A stretch of 64,000 nt of DNA from Selaginella moellendorffii (GCF_000143415.4 NW_003314274.1:1892213-1956212); one strand, 5' to 3'; positions 1-12,744 are shown, numbered from the stretch's first letter. Notes: a model not told the origin generated them from the letters alone. Translations and numbers: made by a program.

Positions 1-740
1 TTTCAACTGGCGTAGGATTAAGCTTGAGTAGATATCACCAATAGTAATTTACAACCAACTTGGATGCATGAAAAACAAACTCTCAAATACAATTGCTAAA
101 AACATACCCAAGATAGTCCACTTTTATTCATTTACATGATACCATAGTTCAACTTAACATATAGTTTATTCATCCAAAGGGTATTTAGCCACATGTAAAG
201 TTTCAAAATTATTTTCCAAAGTTATAGTAGAAAATGTTAATATAATAGTTTAAACTAGCAACAAAGTTAATAATTCTAGTGGTTGGGTGAGCCTTGTAGG
301 AAAAAGGCATTTGGAAGTGGCTTCTATCCCATTCCAAACATTGATAATCTGTTATCATTAATAATTAACTATCTTTTCTTTTATACTATAATAAAGATTA
401 TATAATTGGCTGTTTTTGGGAACTCATAATCCATTCTAGTTATAAACCAAATAATGAATATTTTTTTTAATTTTTCCATTCACCACCTCCAAGTAATGCA
501 TCCCTTTGTGAGACATAAATCCTTAAGCCCCAAAGTGGAGTTGAGAGGGTGCCATATGATAGTGGCCGAAGTGGAAGCCAAATGAGCAAAACATATTTAG
601 ACTAAAAGATTTAACTTGAAAAGTCAAAAGTAGAAGTGAAACTCCCAATGAAGTGCTTGAGAAATGAGTATGAAGCAATCAATAAATGAACTTCCAGAAA
701 AAAGGACATAAGAGGACCAATATATAACATGTGAAAGTGT

Positions 741-840
741 NNNNNNNNNNNNNNNNNNNNNNNNNNNNNNNNNNNNNNNNNNNNNNNNNNNNNNNNNNNN
801 NNNNNNNNNNNNNNNNNNNNNNNNNNNNNNNNNNNNNNNN
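741..840. other. Assembly gap (100 N)
   Basis: Run of n. Confidence 0.99.
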
Positions 841-1112
841 GAAAGAGTTTGAGATGGCTTCCGAGTTGGAGTCTAAGAAGGAGTTCGAGATGGAGTCCAA
901 GGAGGAGTTTGAAATGGAGTCCGAGGTCTAATCTAAGATGGGAACCAAGACCAGATCCGAGATCAAGGCCAAGACCAAGACCGAGATTGAGACCAAGACT
1001 GAGACCAAAATTGAGATTGAGACCGAGACCAAGATTGAGACTAAATCTAAATCCGAATTTGAATCCAAGTCCAAATTTGAGTTTGAGTCTGAATCTGAGT
1101 TTGAATCCGACT
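841..1112 (+). repeat. Degenerate hexamer tandem array (GAGACC/AAGATT/GAGTTT-like units), LTR-associated
   Basis: 6-nt periodicity (gagacc aagact gagacc aaaatt gagatt...). Followed by gggtgaaagcccaaa, as in the reverse-complement array at 9283-9392. Confidence 0.85.
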
Positions 1113-1149
1113 CCAAGGGTGAAAGCCCAAAATGATGTCTCATAGACCC

Positions 1150-1984
1150 TAGGAGGTTTGGTGAGCTCTAAAAGGATAGTAGGGGGAGGACTCTAGTGGA
1201 ACCAATTTGGTTAGGGAAAGCTAATATGACCAAGGAAGTTATACCCATGTGGTGGGTGATGATATAACCATTGAGGAGTTTAAGGTTAAAGTGAACATAG
1301 ACAAACAAATAAAATAACTTAGTAAAATGTTCAAAAGCCAACTTTAGCTCCCTTGGGAGATCAAATGGTCAATACTCCCAATCGAAGTGTGGGTGGCATT
1401 ATTTACTGGGATATCTAGCATGGCTCATTAGAACCTTGCTCTAGCCACATAGTTAGGGCACCTAAAGGTGGAAGGTGGGGAGAGTACCCATGAAGTTTGC
1501 ATAGGGCTATGGTATTTCAAAATATCATCCCAAAATTTTAGACTATGGAAAGGAAGAGGAGCAATCCTCTTGCATAGTGACCAAGGGCTTGGTCATGTGG
1601 TGAGGAAGTCCCAAAGGTCAATAGGACTTAGTGGTTGGGCCTTCAAGCCTTGACTTAGTGGCGGTGTTAATAAGCACTACCATGGACAAAATAGAATTTA
1701 GAGAGGACTAATGGAGGGATATTAAGGAAAGGTGTTCCCTATGTCTTCGGGCATCCTAAGGGTGCTAGGGTGTAGTCAAAGGATGACAATTCATAGACGG
1801 ATGGCCCAATCTTTGAGAGACAAGTCTGTGGTATGGGTGGTCTTGGACTACCAATGAAACAAAGGTGAATGGACATAGCCTTAGTGTAATAAGTTGATAT
1901 GTTAATTGTATCATTGACTGTCTGTGTCGGGATCAGACACATGGAGTACTTGATCAATGCAAAGGCTAAGTGGCATAGATGCCA
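1150..1984 (+). repeat. Degenerate LTR-like repeat (family B), plus orientation
   Basis: Reverse complement aligns by eye with 2137-2543 plus 3328-3705. Ends ...gcatagatgCCA. Left boundary approximate. Confidence 0.65.
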
Positions 1985-2136
1985 TTTACGGGGCTGTCAA
2001 GTCCCCAAGTAGGGAATAAGTGTAAGTGACTAAATTTTCTATTTTAATTTAGCCATACCTCTAGCCACTTAGAGGAGTCTCACTCACAACCTTCATAAAT
2101 TTTATTTTGGACTTAGGGATTTGCTAACTCTAAGAA

Positions 2137-3748
2137 TGACATCTATGCCACTCAATTTTTGCACTTGGTCCAAGTGCTCCACATATTTGATCCCATGACC
2201 GACACCCAAAAGTACCACCAACATATTAGCATGTTATGCTAAGCCTATAGCTATTCACATTTGTCACACTAGTGATCCAACACCTACATCACAGTCCTAT
2301 CTCTCAAAGACTGAGCTATCCATCTATGGATGATCATCCTAGATCCATTTTTTAGCATCCTTAAGATGCCTATAGATATGGGGAATAGCCTTCTCTAATC
2401 TAACTTTTTTGGTCCCCACCAAATCCCTTTCCATCCACGGTTGTGTTCACTATTGCCATTACAAGCCCAACCACTATATCCCACTGACCTTTAGGACCTC
2501 CTCACCATGTGACCATATCCTTGGTCTCTACACTAGAGGATTATGTAAGCCACAAATTTTTTCTTTCCAACTTGCTAACTTACCTCGTCTATCTAACCAA
2601 CACCGCCTTGGCCTTAGCTAAGTTCCCTCGTCAAGGTTCTGGCCTATTGTACTAGCTCTTACTTAGTTCTACTTAATTTCAGCTATTCACTGCATGAGCA
2701 ATGGAGCATTAGCCATCCATCCACGGATTCCCAAACTCTCCCAATCCCACTCCCTAGGTTAGACTAAACTTAAGATTCAACTACACTCCCCGCAGGCACA
2801 AGCAGCCAAGCACACTAAACCTCCAGGTTCCTAATACCCCTTGGTCCAACAAGACTTGATTATGGGACCATTTAAATCCCAAGCCTTAGGTGCAACACTT
2901 GCTTTGGAATGTTAGGGGGAAACACCGTGGCTTAACGGCTTGGTATGGGTACCCCTACTCCCCCACTTCCATCATAAAGGGAAGGCCCAAACCCTTAAGA
3001 AGGGTGAGGACCAATGAGCCGCAAGGTACTTAAGTGGGGCACCACTCCACATGAACCGGGAGCACCACAGTTGGTTTCCCTTCTGGGAGTGGGAGTTGCT
3101 CTTGAGCACTTTCTTGGGTGGCCCCTCCGGCACCACCCGAGTCCATGCTCATTCCCACCCAAGGCCCCTCGGCCTCAATCTCAACCTCAAGTTAGTTTGG
3201 AAGTACCACTGGAGAGTTCCTTCAAGACTGATTCTTAGACCTCACTATCCCTACTATATTTTTGGAACCCCCTGCAGCACCACCCCCCCCAGGACCTCAC
3301 TATCCCTACTATATTTTTGGAACCCTCTGCTCCTGTTCTTTTCCACTGTCCAGAACTTTGAAACAACATTTCAGAACACCGTGCCTTACATGAGCCTCAT
3401 GGGTACTCTCCCCACCTTCTGCCTTTGGGTGCCCTAGCCATGAGGCTAGAGTGAGGTTCCCATTGAGCCACACTAGGTATCCAAGTAGGTAGTGCCACCC
3501 ATACTTGGATTAAGAGCATTGACCATTCAATCTTCTGGGGGAACTAGAGCTGACTCTTAAACACTTCACCAAACTACCCTACTTGTCAGTTCATATTCAC
3601 TTTAGTTTTCAACTCCTTAGTGGATATATTATCATCCAACACATAAATATAGCCTTTCTGGGTCATATTGGCCTTTTTTGGCCAAACTAGTTCTATTAAA
3701 GTCCAACCCCCACACTCTCCCTACCTATACTTTTGGAACCACCTTGCA
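2137..3748 (-). repeat. Family-B LTR-like repeat (3' LTR position of the Gypsy element), interrupted by a family-A LTR
   Basis: Minus strand starts TGCA at 3748 after a G-rich tract (3749-3761) and ends TGTCA at 2137. Homology to 1185-1984 resumes at 3328 after the insertion. Confidence 0.6.
2544..3276 (-). repeat. LTR (family A), copy 1
   Basis: TG...CA bounded. Aligns along its length with 8556-9226 and has ~60 extra bp near 3045-3110. Confidence 0.85.
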
Positions 3749-3899
3749 CCCACCCCCCCCCACTCATTCCTTGAGCCTTTTGTTGAGAGTTCCACTCCTA
3801 TTCTTGACTTTTCAAGTCGAAGCTTTTAGTCCAAATGTGTTATGTTTATTTGGGTTTTTGCTTCGGCTACTATCACGTGGCACCCTTTTGGCTCCACTT

Positions 3900-6800
3900 T
3901 GGGCTCTTGTGTGCATTGAGAATGGCCTCAATTTCATATTCCTCTTCCTCTTGGATAACCTTAGATAAAGGTCTTACTTAGTCCTTGTAAAGCGGATCCT
4001 CAAAGTACGGCTTGAATAAGTTCACATGGAACATAGGGTGCATCTTCTCCATCTCTCGAGGAAGTCGAAGGTGATAAGCCACTTTACCAATTCATGCCTC
4101 AATCTCGTAAGCCCTATGAACCTACTTAAGGAGCTCAAAATCAATTCATTTCTAGGAATACATGCATTTTTACCTTTGGGTCAGCTTTCGGCTGATCCCA
4201 CTTGGTAGCCTTAAGTTCTTGGTGTTCAGCCACACCTTCTCCCTAGGTTGGAACTTTACATCCCAGTGTTTCTAGTTCGCATATTTGGTTTGCTTTTGTT
4301 GAGCCTGTTCCAAGGAATCCCTCACTAAATTCCAAATGTTGAGTCTTTTCGTCGTGAATGCCTCCACTGCAAGTAACTCTCCATGGTACTCGGCCATGCC
4401 GAGTTCCATAAGACATTTAATAGCTCGCCCATTGATGACTTCCCATGGACTCGTGAGTTGTTATAGCACATTTTCGCAAGTCCCAAATGACTTACCCAAT
4501 CAATCTGGTCTCTTGAGACATACCATCACAAATAATCCTCTAATTGCCTATTCACCCTTTTTGTTTGTCTGTCTGTCAAGAAGTGTTAGTGCCATCACAC
4601 TTGACTTAATGCCCAATACCTGTCTGTGGGTGATAGCCTATACTGAATTTTAACTTGGTGAGATACAGTTTTAGGAGAGTTCTCCAGAATTTATTGGTGA
4701 AGATCTTATCTCGATCTGAGATAATCTCTTCTGGCCTTCCCCGCACTCGAACCACTTATTCGAAGAATAGCTTCGCCACACCTTCTGCATCCACTTCCGT
4801 TGTGGTGGGTATAAAATGTGCCATCTTTGAAAATTAGTCCACCACCATGAATATCACATCAAACCCCTCACTTAGAGGGAGTTCTGTGATGAAGTCTATC
4901 GTAAGACATTTTCGTGGATGATCTAGAATTGGGATGCTTTGTAACAAGCCACCACTAGCCTTAGTCACAGCTTTGACTTGCTGACATGTTGGATATGTCT
5001 TTACATAGTCTTAGACATCCTTAGCCATATTTGGCTAGTGATACTTCCTCTTGAGTAAGCCTATTGTCTTGGGCATTCTGCCATGTCCCGCAAGATGTCC
5101 ATCATGACACTCTTCTAAGGCTACCTTCCTTAGTTCCCCTTCTGGAACATACACCTTCATTTATTTATAATAGATGAGTCTATTGCATTCCGCATAACTT
5201 GTTTTCTCTTTCGTTAGCAGCTCACGTCTCTAGTGAGTTTCTCGCACCTCTTGGTTCCTCAACAACACTTCTTGTGCTAGACCATCATTCTCATACGCTG
5301 TCTGCACATTGTCTCAAAAGGTTGTTGTCGCGCTAGATATTGCCAACTTCAAGTTCGCTTTTCGACTTAGAACATCCGCCATGATGTTACTCTTCCTAGG
5401 TTTATACAGAATCTTGCAATCAAACTCAGCCAAAGCATTGGCCCACCAACCTTGTTTCCCTCTTAGGTCTGGTTGCAATAAGAAGTGTTTCGTTGCCACA
5501 TTATCCATGTAAACTTTGAAGTGCCTCCCAAGGCTTTTTGCCACTCCTTGAGCGCCTTGACCACCGCAAATAATTCTTTCTCATGGGCAAGCCACTTTTG
5601 TTGAGCCTTATTTAACTTCTTTGAGAAGAATGCCATTAGATAATTATTTTGCTTCAAAACTATGCCCAACACAAAGTTTGAAGCATCTGTTTGCTCAACA
5701 AGTATAGTTTGCCCAATACAAAGTTCTTACCAAAGTTTGGTAATGCCAACACAGGAGTATTCCTCAACTTCCCTTTGAGGTGAACAAATGCCATCTCACA
5801 TTCCACTATTTATACCATTTTCCTTTTTCCCGTTTGGTCCGTTAAGGGCAAGGCTACTCCCAAATAGTGTTTGATAAACTTTCAATAATAGTTGCATAGC
5901 CTTAGAAATGCCCTCAACTCATGTATATTTGATGGTCACTCCCATTCTTGGATCGCTTGGACCTTCTTAGAGTCCACCTTGAGCCCAACCTTGCCCATAA
6001 CATACTCAAGAAATTTTACCTTTTGTTGAGCAAAATCACATGTACTCTTTTTAATATACAATTTGTGTTCCCTTAGTTTCTCAAACACCTTTATTAAGTG
6101 TTCGGCATGCTCCTTTAGCGTCTCGCTATAGATCAAGATGTCTTCAATATAGATGACTACAAAGTGATCCATATAGGGTATAAAAATGTGGTTCATCAGT
6201 GTTGAAAACATTGCCGATGCATTGCACATCCCAAAGGGCATCACCAGAAACTCAAAGTTCCCATACCTTGTCTGATAGGTTGTCTTCTCGACATCTTCCT
6301 CTACTACCCTGATTTGGTAGTATCTTGACCTTAGGTCAATCCTTGAGAAGTATTTTGCCTTTCCCAACTTATTAAATAGGTCCTCAATCCTTGGCAAAGG
6401 GTACTTATTCTTCTTTGTATACTTGTTGAGCAATTGATAATTTATGCACATGCACATAGATCCATCTTTCTTTTTCATAAATAACACTGGCACCCCATAT
6501 AACGACTTGCTCAACCTAACATACCCTTTGTCCACCAACTCTTTTAGTTAGCACTTGAGCTCCTCGAGTTCTTTTTCATTCAAATGATAGGAGATGAACC
6601 ATCGCCTTAGCACCCTAGATTAGCTCAATTTTATGTTCTATCAGTCGTGTGAGGGGCAACCCCATTAGTAGCTCCTTCAGCATGGTATCTTGGAATTAGT
6701 CCAACACACGCTGGATCACTAAAGATACTTTTTCCATTCCCGTCTTTTTGTCACTCCTCATCGAGAGTAAGCACAAAAATGCTGCCTTGGTTCCTTTAGT

Positions 6801-7250
6801 GAGTTGTCCTCTCATGAACACCAGGTTTAAGTAGGAGTCTTTGGCTTTATATTGCCCTACCTTTAGATCCTGAGCCTCCGCCATGGATTGTTCTCCTTGG
6901 GCATTCGCTAGTACCACAAGTTTCCTACTTTGTCCATACAGGGCTATTAAAAACCGATTGAACCAATCCATCCTAAAGATTACATCAAATCTTGCCATGT
7001 TCAATACGGTGAAATCCATGTCTACCTTCCATGTCCCTACTTCAACTCTCGTTTGTTGAAGTACTTCATTAGTGATTTGGCTACTTTGAATAAATTCTAT
7101 AGTCTTTGGTTCATCCAGCTGCTGCATCGTTAGTCCGGCTTGCCGGACTATGTCTGCAACACAAAATTATCTGAAGCATCTGTGTTAATAATGATCTTAA
7201 CAAAACTACCTCCAAGCTTCCCTCGGAGGGCTAATAGATGTTACGAACAA
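3900..7250 (-). pseudogene. Gypsy pol pseudogene (protease, RT, RNase H, integrase, start of chromodomain)
   Basis: ORF fragments 6696-7127, 5936-6538, 5463-5672, 5314-5544. Integrase DFITELP/IFMVVD region near 4830-4900. HPMFHV...EEEYEIEAIL near 3915-4045. Confidence 0.85.
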
Positions 7251-7349
7251 CTCTCTACCAAAGTTGCTCATGTAATGAGTAACTTTGAGATAAGGACTGA
7301 ATCATATACCTCAATTTAAATTTCACTTGACTTAATGGCCATATTGGCT

Positions 7350-8200
7350 TTGGCTTTTTTCGGGTAGGGACATTCCCTCGAAAAGTGTTCCGCTTCATTG
7401 TAGTTGAACTCTATGTTGTTTTCCATGCTACTAGTAGACTTGATCTTCTTATCCGTGGGTTTGTCTTTTTTCGCTTGACTCCCCCACGTATTTGCTTGCT
7501 AACCACCGAATCTGCCTTTTCAAAACCCTGAGGACTCATTCTTAGAGAAACTCTTCTTGAATTTCCCTTTGTCATATGTCCCTTTTGGTTTGGCCCCTTT
7601 GCTAAACATGGACCCCAACCTCGTCATGTTCCCCTTTCGCAAGTTATTATTGAAATGCACCTTGATAGCTGCATCTAATGCTTCCTTATAGTTGGTCGTG
7701 TTCTAATGCATCACCTCGCTGTGAGCCCAAGTTTGCAAGCATTATATGAAGGCATGGAACGTGTCCATATCACCCATATCCATGACAAGTATCCTCTTTG
7801 CCATAAACCCATTCACATACTCTTGAATGGTTCTAGTCTGCTTTAGCCTACTCAGCTTATCCTTTAGGTGTAGAGTAGCATTCGGAGGAACATAAGTCGT
7901 GTAGATCATCATTCCCCAAGTGGCCACTGGTCCTTTGTTGGCCTTTGTTGTTCTCCACCAAGACTTGGTATTATCTGCCAAATATGGTTTTGCACATGGG
8001 ACCTTCTCCAAGCTCGATAACTGCAGCACTCGGAAGTAGTCCTCTATATCATAAAACCAATCTTCTACCACCTTATAGTCATTCACTCCCTTAAAGACTG
8101 GTGGGAGCTTTAGTTTGTACTTGGGAACTGCTTGAGGGACTGATTCTGCTTCGGTCTATTTGACCTTGTTTGATTCTGCCTTAGTCTCTACTAAAGGGTC
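7350..8200 (-). pseudogene. Gypsy gag pseudogene
   Basis: ORF 7742-8086 with retrotransposon gag-like WW...LKQTRTIQEYVNGF. Decayed Zn knuckle (HFSREC) near 7370-7400. Confidence 0.75.
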
Positions 8201-8540
8201 TGCACCTTCTACGTTGCTAACATTTGTAGTTTTTTGTTTTTTCTTCCGCTTCTTGTCACGCTTTCACTTGCATATGAGAGTCACTAGCAGGGCATTGGTC
8301 TATGCCAATTGTCCTTCTAGAACATCCAATCAAGACTTGGACGACTGAACCTCACCACTAGACTCCTGTTTGGAAGTTTCCTCATTGGAATCCTTCTCGT
8401 GCAAGGATTCCTCATCCGTTCTTGTTCAACCAAAGGCTCTAGCTCTGAAGGAGGTTCCATCTCCGCCTTGGTTTTCCTATGCTCTGCCTTTGCCATCTCT
8501 CAACAATCCGCTTCTATCCTTAGCTAGAACTGAGGAAAAG

Positions 8541-8552
8541 GCTCCAATACCA
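8541..8552 (-). promoter_or_regulatory. Primer-binding site, tRNA-Met(i)-like (TGGTATTGGAGC)
   Basis: Lies 3 nt inside the LTR end. Variant of TGGTATCAGAGC. Confidence 0.75.
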
Positions 8553-8555
8553 AAT

Positions 8556-9226
8556 TGTAAGCCATAAATTTTCCCTTTCTAATTTGCCAGTTTACCTCAT
8601 TTATCCAACCAACACCACCTTGGCCTTAGCTAAGTTCCCTCACCAAGGTTCTTGCCTATTGTACTAGTTCTTACTTGGTCCTACTTGGTTTCAACAACTC
8701 ATTACATAAATAACGGAGCATTAGCTATCCATCCACAGATTCCCAATCTCTCCCAATCCCCCTCCACAGGTTAAACTAGACTTAAGGTTTGGCTACACTC
8801 CCTGCAAACACAAGCAGTGAAGCACACTAAGCCTTTAGGTTCTTAACATCCCTTGGTCCAACAAGATTTTATCATGGGACCCTCTAAATCCCAAGCCTTG
8901 GGTGCAACACTTGCTTCGGGATGCCGGGGGGAAACACTGTGGCCTAATAACCTGGTATGGGTACCTTTACTCCCCCACTTCCATCCCGAAGGGAAGGCCC
9001 AAGCCCCTAGGAAGGGTGAGGACCAATGAGCTGCAAGGTACTCAAGTGGGGCACCACTCCTTCTTTGGGTGGCCCTCTAGCACCACTTGAATGCATGCTC
9101 ACTCCCACCCAAGGCCCCTCAACCCCAATCTCAACCTCAAGTCAGTTTGGAAACACCATTGGAGAGTTCCTTCAAAATTGGTTCCTGAAACTCACTATCC
9201 CTACTATATTATTGGAACCCCCTGCA
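8556..9226 (-). repeat. LTR (family A), copy 2 (5' LTR)
   Basis: TG...CA bounded, adjacent to PBS, aligns with 2544-3276. Confidence 0.85.
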
Positions 9227-9282
9227 GCACCCCCCCCGGGAGACACATGCTTTGGGCTTTCACCCCACGACTTGTATTAGTA

Positions 9283-9392
9283 TTTGGACTTGGTCTCAAA
9301 CTCGATCTCAGACTCGACTTCGGACTCGGTCTTAGACTTGATCTCGGACCCAACCTCAGACTCCATCCCGAACTCAATCTTGGACTAGGACT
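9283..9392 (-). repeat. Degenerate hexamer tandem array
   Basis: ttggac ttggtc tcaaac tcgatc tcagac..., reverse complement of the 841-1112 type. Confidence 0.8.
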
Positions 9393-10483
9393 GTAGAGTC
9401 GTATAAAGCCAGTAAATGAGAGAGAAATACTGACTTTGGTGGTTTCCATGTGAAGAGTGAAGCTGCCAAACTTCCCTCGTTGCTACATGCTGAAAGCAGT
9501 AGCTTCACTTGGCCCACCGTGAGGGGTCCCCAGGCAAGAGGGGGAGGATACTCTGCCAGATCACAGCCATATATGCTCAAGCTTTGCTCAAAGTATCGGT
9601 CCCAGTCCTCCTTCGACAAGTCTACAGCTTCCATCCTGTAACACTCGATAACTCCGCGTTCAATCTCTCTCAGCTCCTCCAGTTCGTTGCTAGGCTGCGA
9701 TTCGACTTGAGATATGCGGTTTCTGATGAAGGCCAGCGCAGTCGCACAGGCAGGCCCCTGAAGATACATATAACGTAAGAACGAAAACAAGGCAAGCACA
9801 TAAAAATACCTCGTCCCGCCCGGGTAGCGTCACAAAGTATAATGAGCGGACAAGTTGTTTAACGATGTCAAGCAAAGGGCTCGAGCTCTCACTGATCAGC
9901 AAAAGGTTAGACAGTTAGAAAGAAAACTTCAAGGCCCCAATCATGCTTACAGCTGCTCGACGAGTGAAGAAGGTACGCTTCGCCAGCCGAGCTCGAGAGC
10001 AGCTCTGGCGCTATCTTTGTCCTTGAAGTCAAGAAAAGCGTCCCATGATGAAGCCATCTCTGGTGGTTCATTTTCCCATTTTGCACCAGTTGGAGGTGTG
10101 ACTCGAGGGACTGTGATCACACTTCGTAGAATGACCTGAGCGAAGCATACAAGTCGACGGATCTCAGCAATCGAAACCGACGCGCTAGCACTCAGAGCTT
10201 CAATGTCATGGAGGTTGTCGCAGCGGGAGACGTAAAGAATGGCCAGGAAGTAGAAGAGGTCGGCATCGTAAGCCTCCGGGCGCCAGTAATCGGTACCCCA
10301 AATAGAAGTAGCAGCGTGAAAACACTCGGCTTCACGGAGATCGTCCTCAGCTAACTTGACTAACTCATCCTCCACCTGTTTAGCTTTCAAGTAGCGCAGC
10401 GCCTGCCATTCCCTTGCCGATCTCCTATACAAACCTGACCTCGGGTCCAAACATTCTGCCTCTAGAAGCCGGTCTATCGCCAT
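9374..10483 (-). CDS. Hypothetical 3-exon protein of unknown family, 3' end probably disrupted by the retroelement
   Basis: ATG at 10483. GT-AG introns ~9950-9892 and ~9809-9758 join ORFs 9947-10501, 9690-9902 and 9374-9799. The reading frame runs into the hexamer repeat at ~9392. Confidence 0.55.
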
Positions 10484-11007
10484 AACGTTAGGGCTTTTCA
10501 CACCGCTAACTTTTTAAATCGGGCGATCTTTATAAGGGTTTCAAGCCAACTAAACGATTGAGACTAAACGATCGAGACTAAAAACAGTACTTTTTGTACA
10601 TAGTATTGTCCATGTTACAAAAAACGTCGTCCTAGCCTAGTTATTTATCACATCCTGCCATCAAGCCGAAATTGCCTCTTGCTTTATAGAGTATCTAAAC
10701 GATTCTTTTCTACCTTGCAATGGGTGGTGCTTCTTTCATGTGTAAGCCCTACATTCCAAGTTATTAGTTTGGAATGTACTGCTGTTCTGTCAACTTTATG
10801 AAGATCGTACTATACAGTTTAATAAATCTAAAGTTATCAGAGTTCTAGATGAATTCTATGACGTGATAGAGGGGTCCAGTACCTCTAAGCACAGATAAAC
10901 TCCTACATAAACTTAGAAATCACTTTGGAATCAGCTATTCTCCTGTTATGGGGTCCACAACTTAGTGTGTACATAAGCACATCTTATCATCGAATGCTCA
11001 CAGCACC

Positions 11008-12496
11008 ATGTTTCGTGTAGGGTTGCAAGTGGCCTCCAGATCTTTCTCGTCCGCGGCACCTGCTAAGGTAAGCTAGAAAAGATTTTAAAAGTTTCTCACG
11101 GGCTCTATGATCAAACCCAGAAGCTCAAGGTTGTAGGAGTTTTCTACAAAGGAGGAGAGCATGCTGCCAAAAACCCCAAATTCATTGGGAATGTTGAGAA
11201 TTGCCTGGGAATTCGGCAGTGGCTCGAGGATCAGGGCCATGACTACATTGTGACTGATGACAAAGAGGGCCCAAGTTGTGGTAGGCTAATTTTTTTGTTA
11301 TAACATTTCTCGGAGCACATAGCGACATTTTGATTCTGTTTTTGGTTTTGGCTAGAGCTGGAGAAACACATCCCAGACATGGATGTGCTAATCACCACAC
11401 CATTCCATCCCGGCTACATGACTGCCGAGCGGATCCAAAAGGCCAAAAACCTCAAGCTAGCACTCACTGCAGGGATTGGCTCTGACCACATTGACTTGAC
11501 GGCTGCCTCCAAGGCTGGCATCACAGTCGCAGAAGTCACAGGTAGCTGACTGGGCTTTTCGACTCTGACCCAAACCATCAAACACGGTCTTTGCATTGAC
11601 GATCTCCCAGGGTCAAATGTGGTCTCGGTTGCGGAGGACCAGCTCATGCGTGTCTTGATCCTTTTGCGCAACTATCAGAATGGGTGGACCCAAGTCAACG
11701 CTGGCGGCTGGGACGTTGCAGAGATCGTTTCAAAGGCCTACGATGTGCAAGGCAAAACCATTGGCAGTGTGGGAGCTGGAAGAATTGGGTACCATTTGCT
11801 CAAGCGTCTCAAGGTATTACTTTTAACGAAGTTTTAAGGCTCGCCACCTTTGTTACATCCATGCAGGCGTTCGATTGCAACCTTTTGTATTACGATCGGG
11901 TGGCCATGCCCAGTGACAGGGAGAAAGAGACTGGGGCGACGCGCGAGGCCGACTTGGACACAATGCTGGCCAAGTGTGACGCGGTGGTGATGAATGTGCC
12001 GCTCACTGAGAAAACCAGGTAATGATATATGCTGAAAGAAATGATCATACATTAGTTTTCTGACATTTGTGACATTTGTGACAGGGGATTCTTCAACAAG
12101 GACCGCATAAGCAAAATGAAGAGAGGTGCGGTTTTAGTGAACAATGCGAGAGGAGCCCTCATGGAAGCAAATGCGGTGGCGGAAGCGTGTAAATCTGGAC
12201 ACCTTGGAGGTCTCTCTTTTCTTCTATTCTTCTGCTGTGATTTTGTTTGATCTTGGGAACGTGATCTAGGCTACGGTGGCGATGTTTGGTACCCGCAGCC
12301 TCCTCCGAAAGATCACCCATGGCGATCCATGCCAAACAACGCAATGACTCCTCACGTCTCTGGATCGACGCTCGACGCCCAGGCTCGCTACTCGGCCGGC
12401 GTCAAGGAGATGCTCCGCCGCTACTTTGTTAACGAGGAATTCCCTGCGGATTATTACATTGTCAAAGACGGCAAGATCGCACCCCAGTACTTATAA
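11008..12496 (+). CDS. FDH: NAD-dependent formate dehydrogenase, mitochondrial (multi-exon)
   Basis: N-terminal [15 protein letters not shown] presequence. Motifs [30 protein letters not shown] (Rossmann), YYDR, VNNARG, MTPHVSG, C-terminal APQY. Short GT-AG introns. Confidence 0.95.
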
Positions 12497-12744
12497 ATTC
12501 TCAAGTGAGTTCTCAAATAATGCAAAAACAAATAATAATTATAATAAGATATTATTATAATTATGAATTCTTATATTTAAATTTAAATTAGTATAAATAA
12601 ACAGCCTTATAACAAAATAGTCATACTTAAACCTCGGAATATCTGTTCAACAGAAAATGTGTCCTAGAATATGCTCGTGGTGTTTTAGACTGGCTATTCT
12701 TTCCCGGGCAACCGCTGGAAAGAGGGCCAGGGCGCCCCGCGGCT

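Larger units (their letters stand above)
2137..9392 (-). mobile_element. Degenerate Ty3/Gypsy (chromovirus-like) LTR retrotransposon
   Basis: Minus-strand order LTR, PBS, gag, protease, RT, RNase H, integrase. RT motifs YPLPRIEDL, DLRSRYYQI, FLVMPFG, YIEDILI. RNase H EKELFAVV. Many stops and frameshifts. Confidence 0.9.

Noticed and set aside
731-1145. E/K/T- or R/P-rich proteins in the ORF track
   Set aside because: Translations of the hexamer repeat and N gap; open in several frames on both strands.
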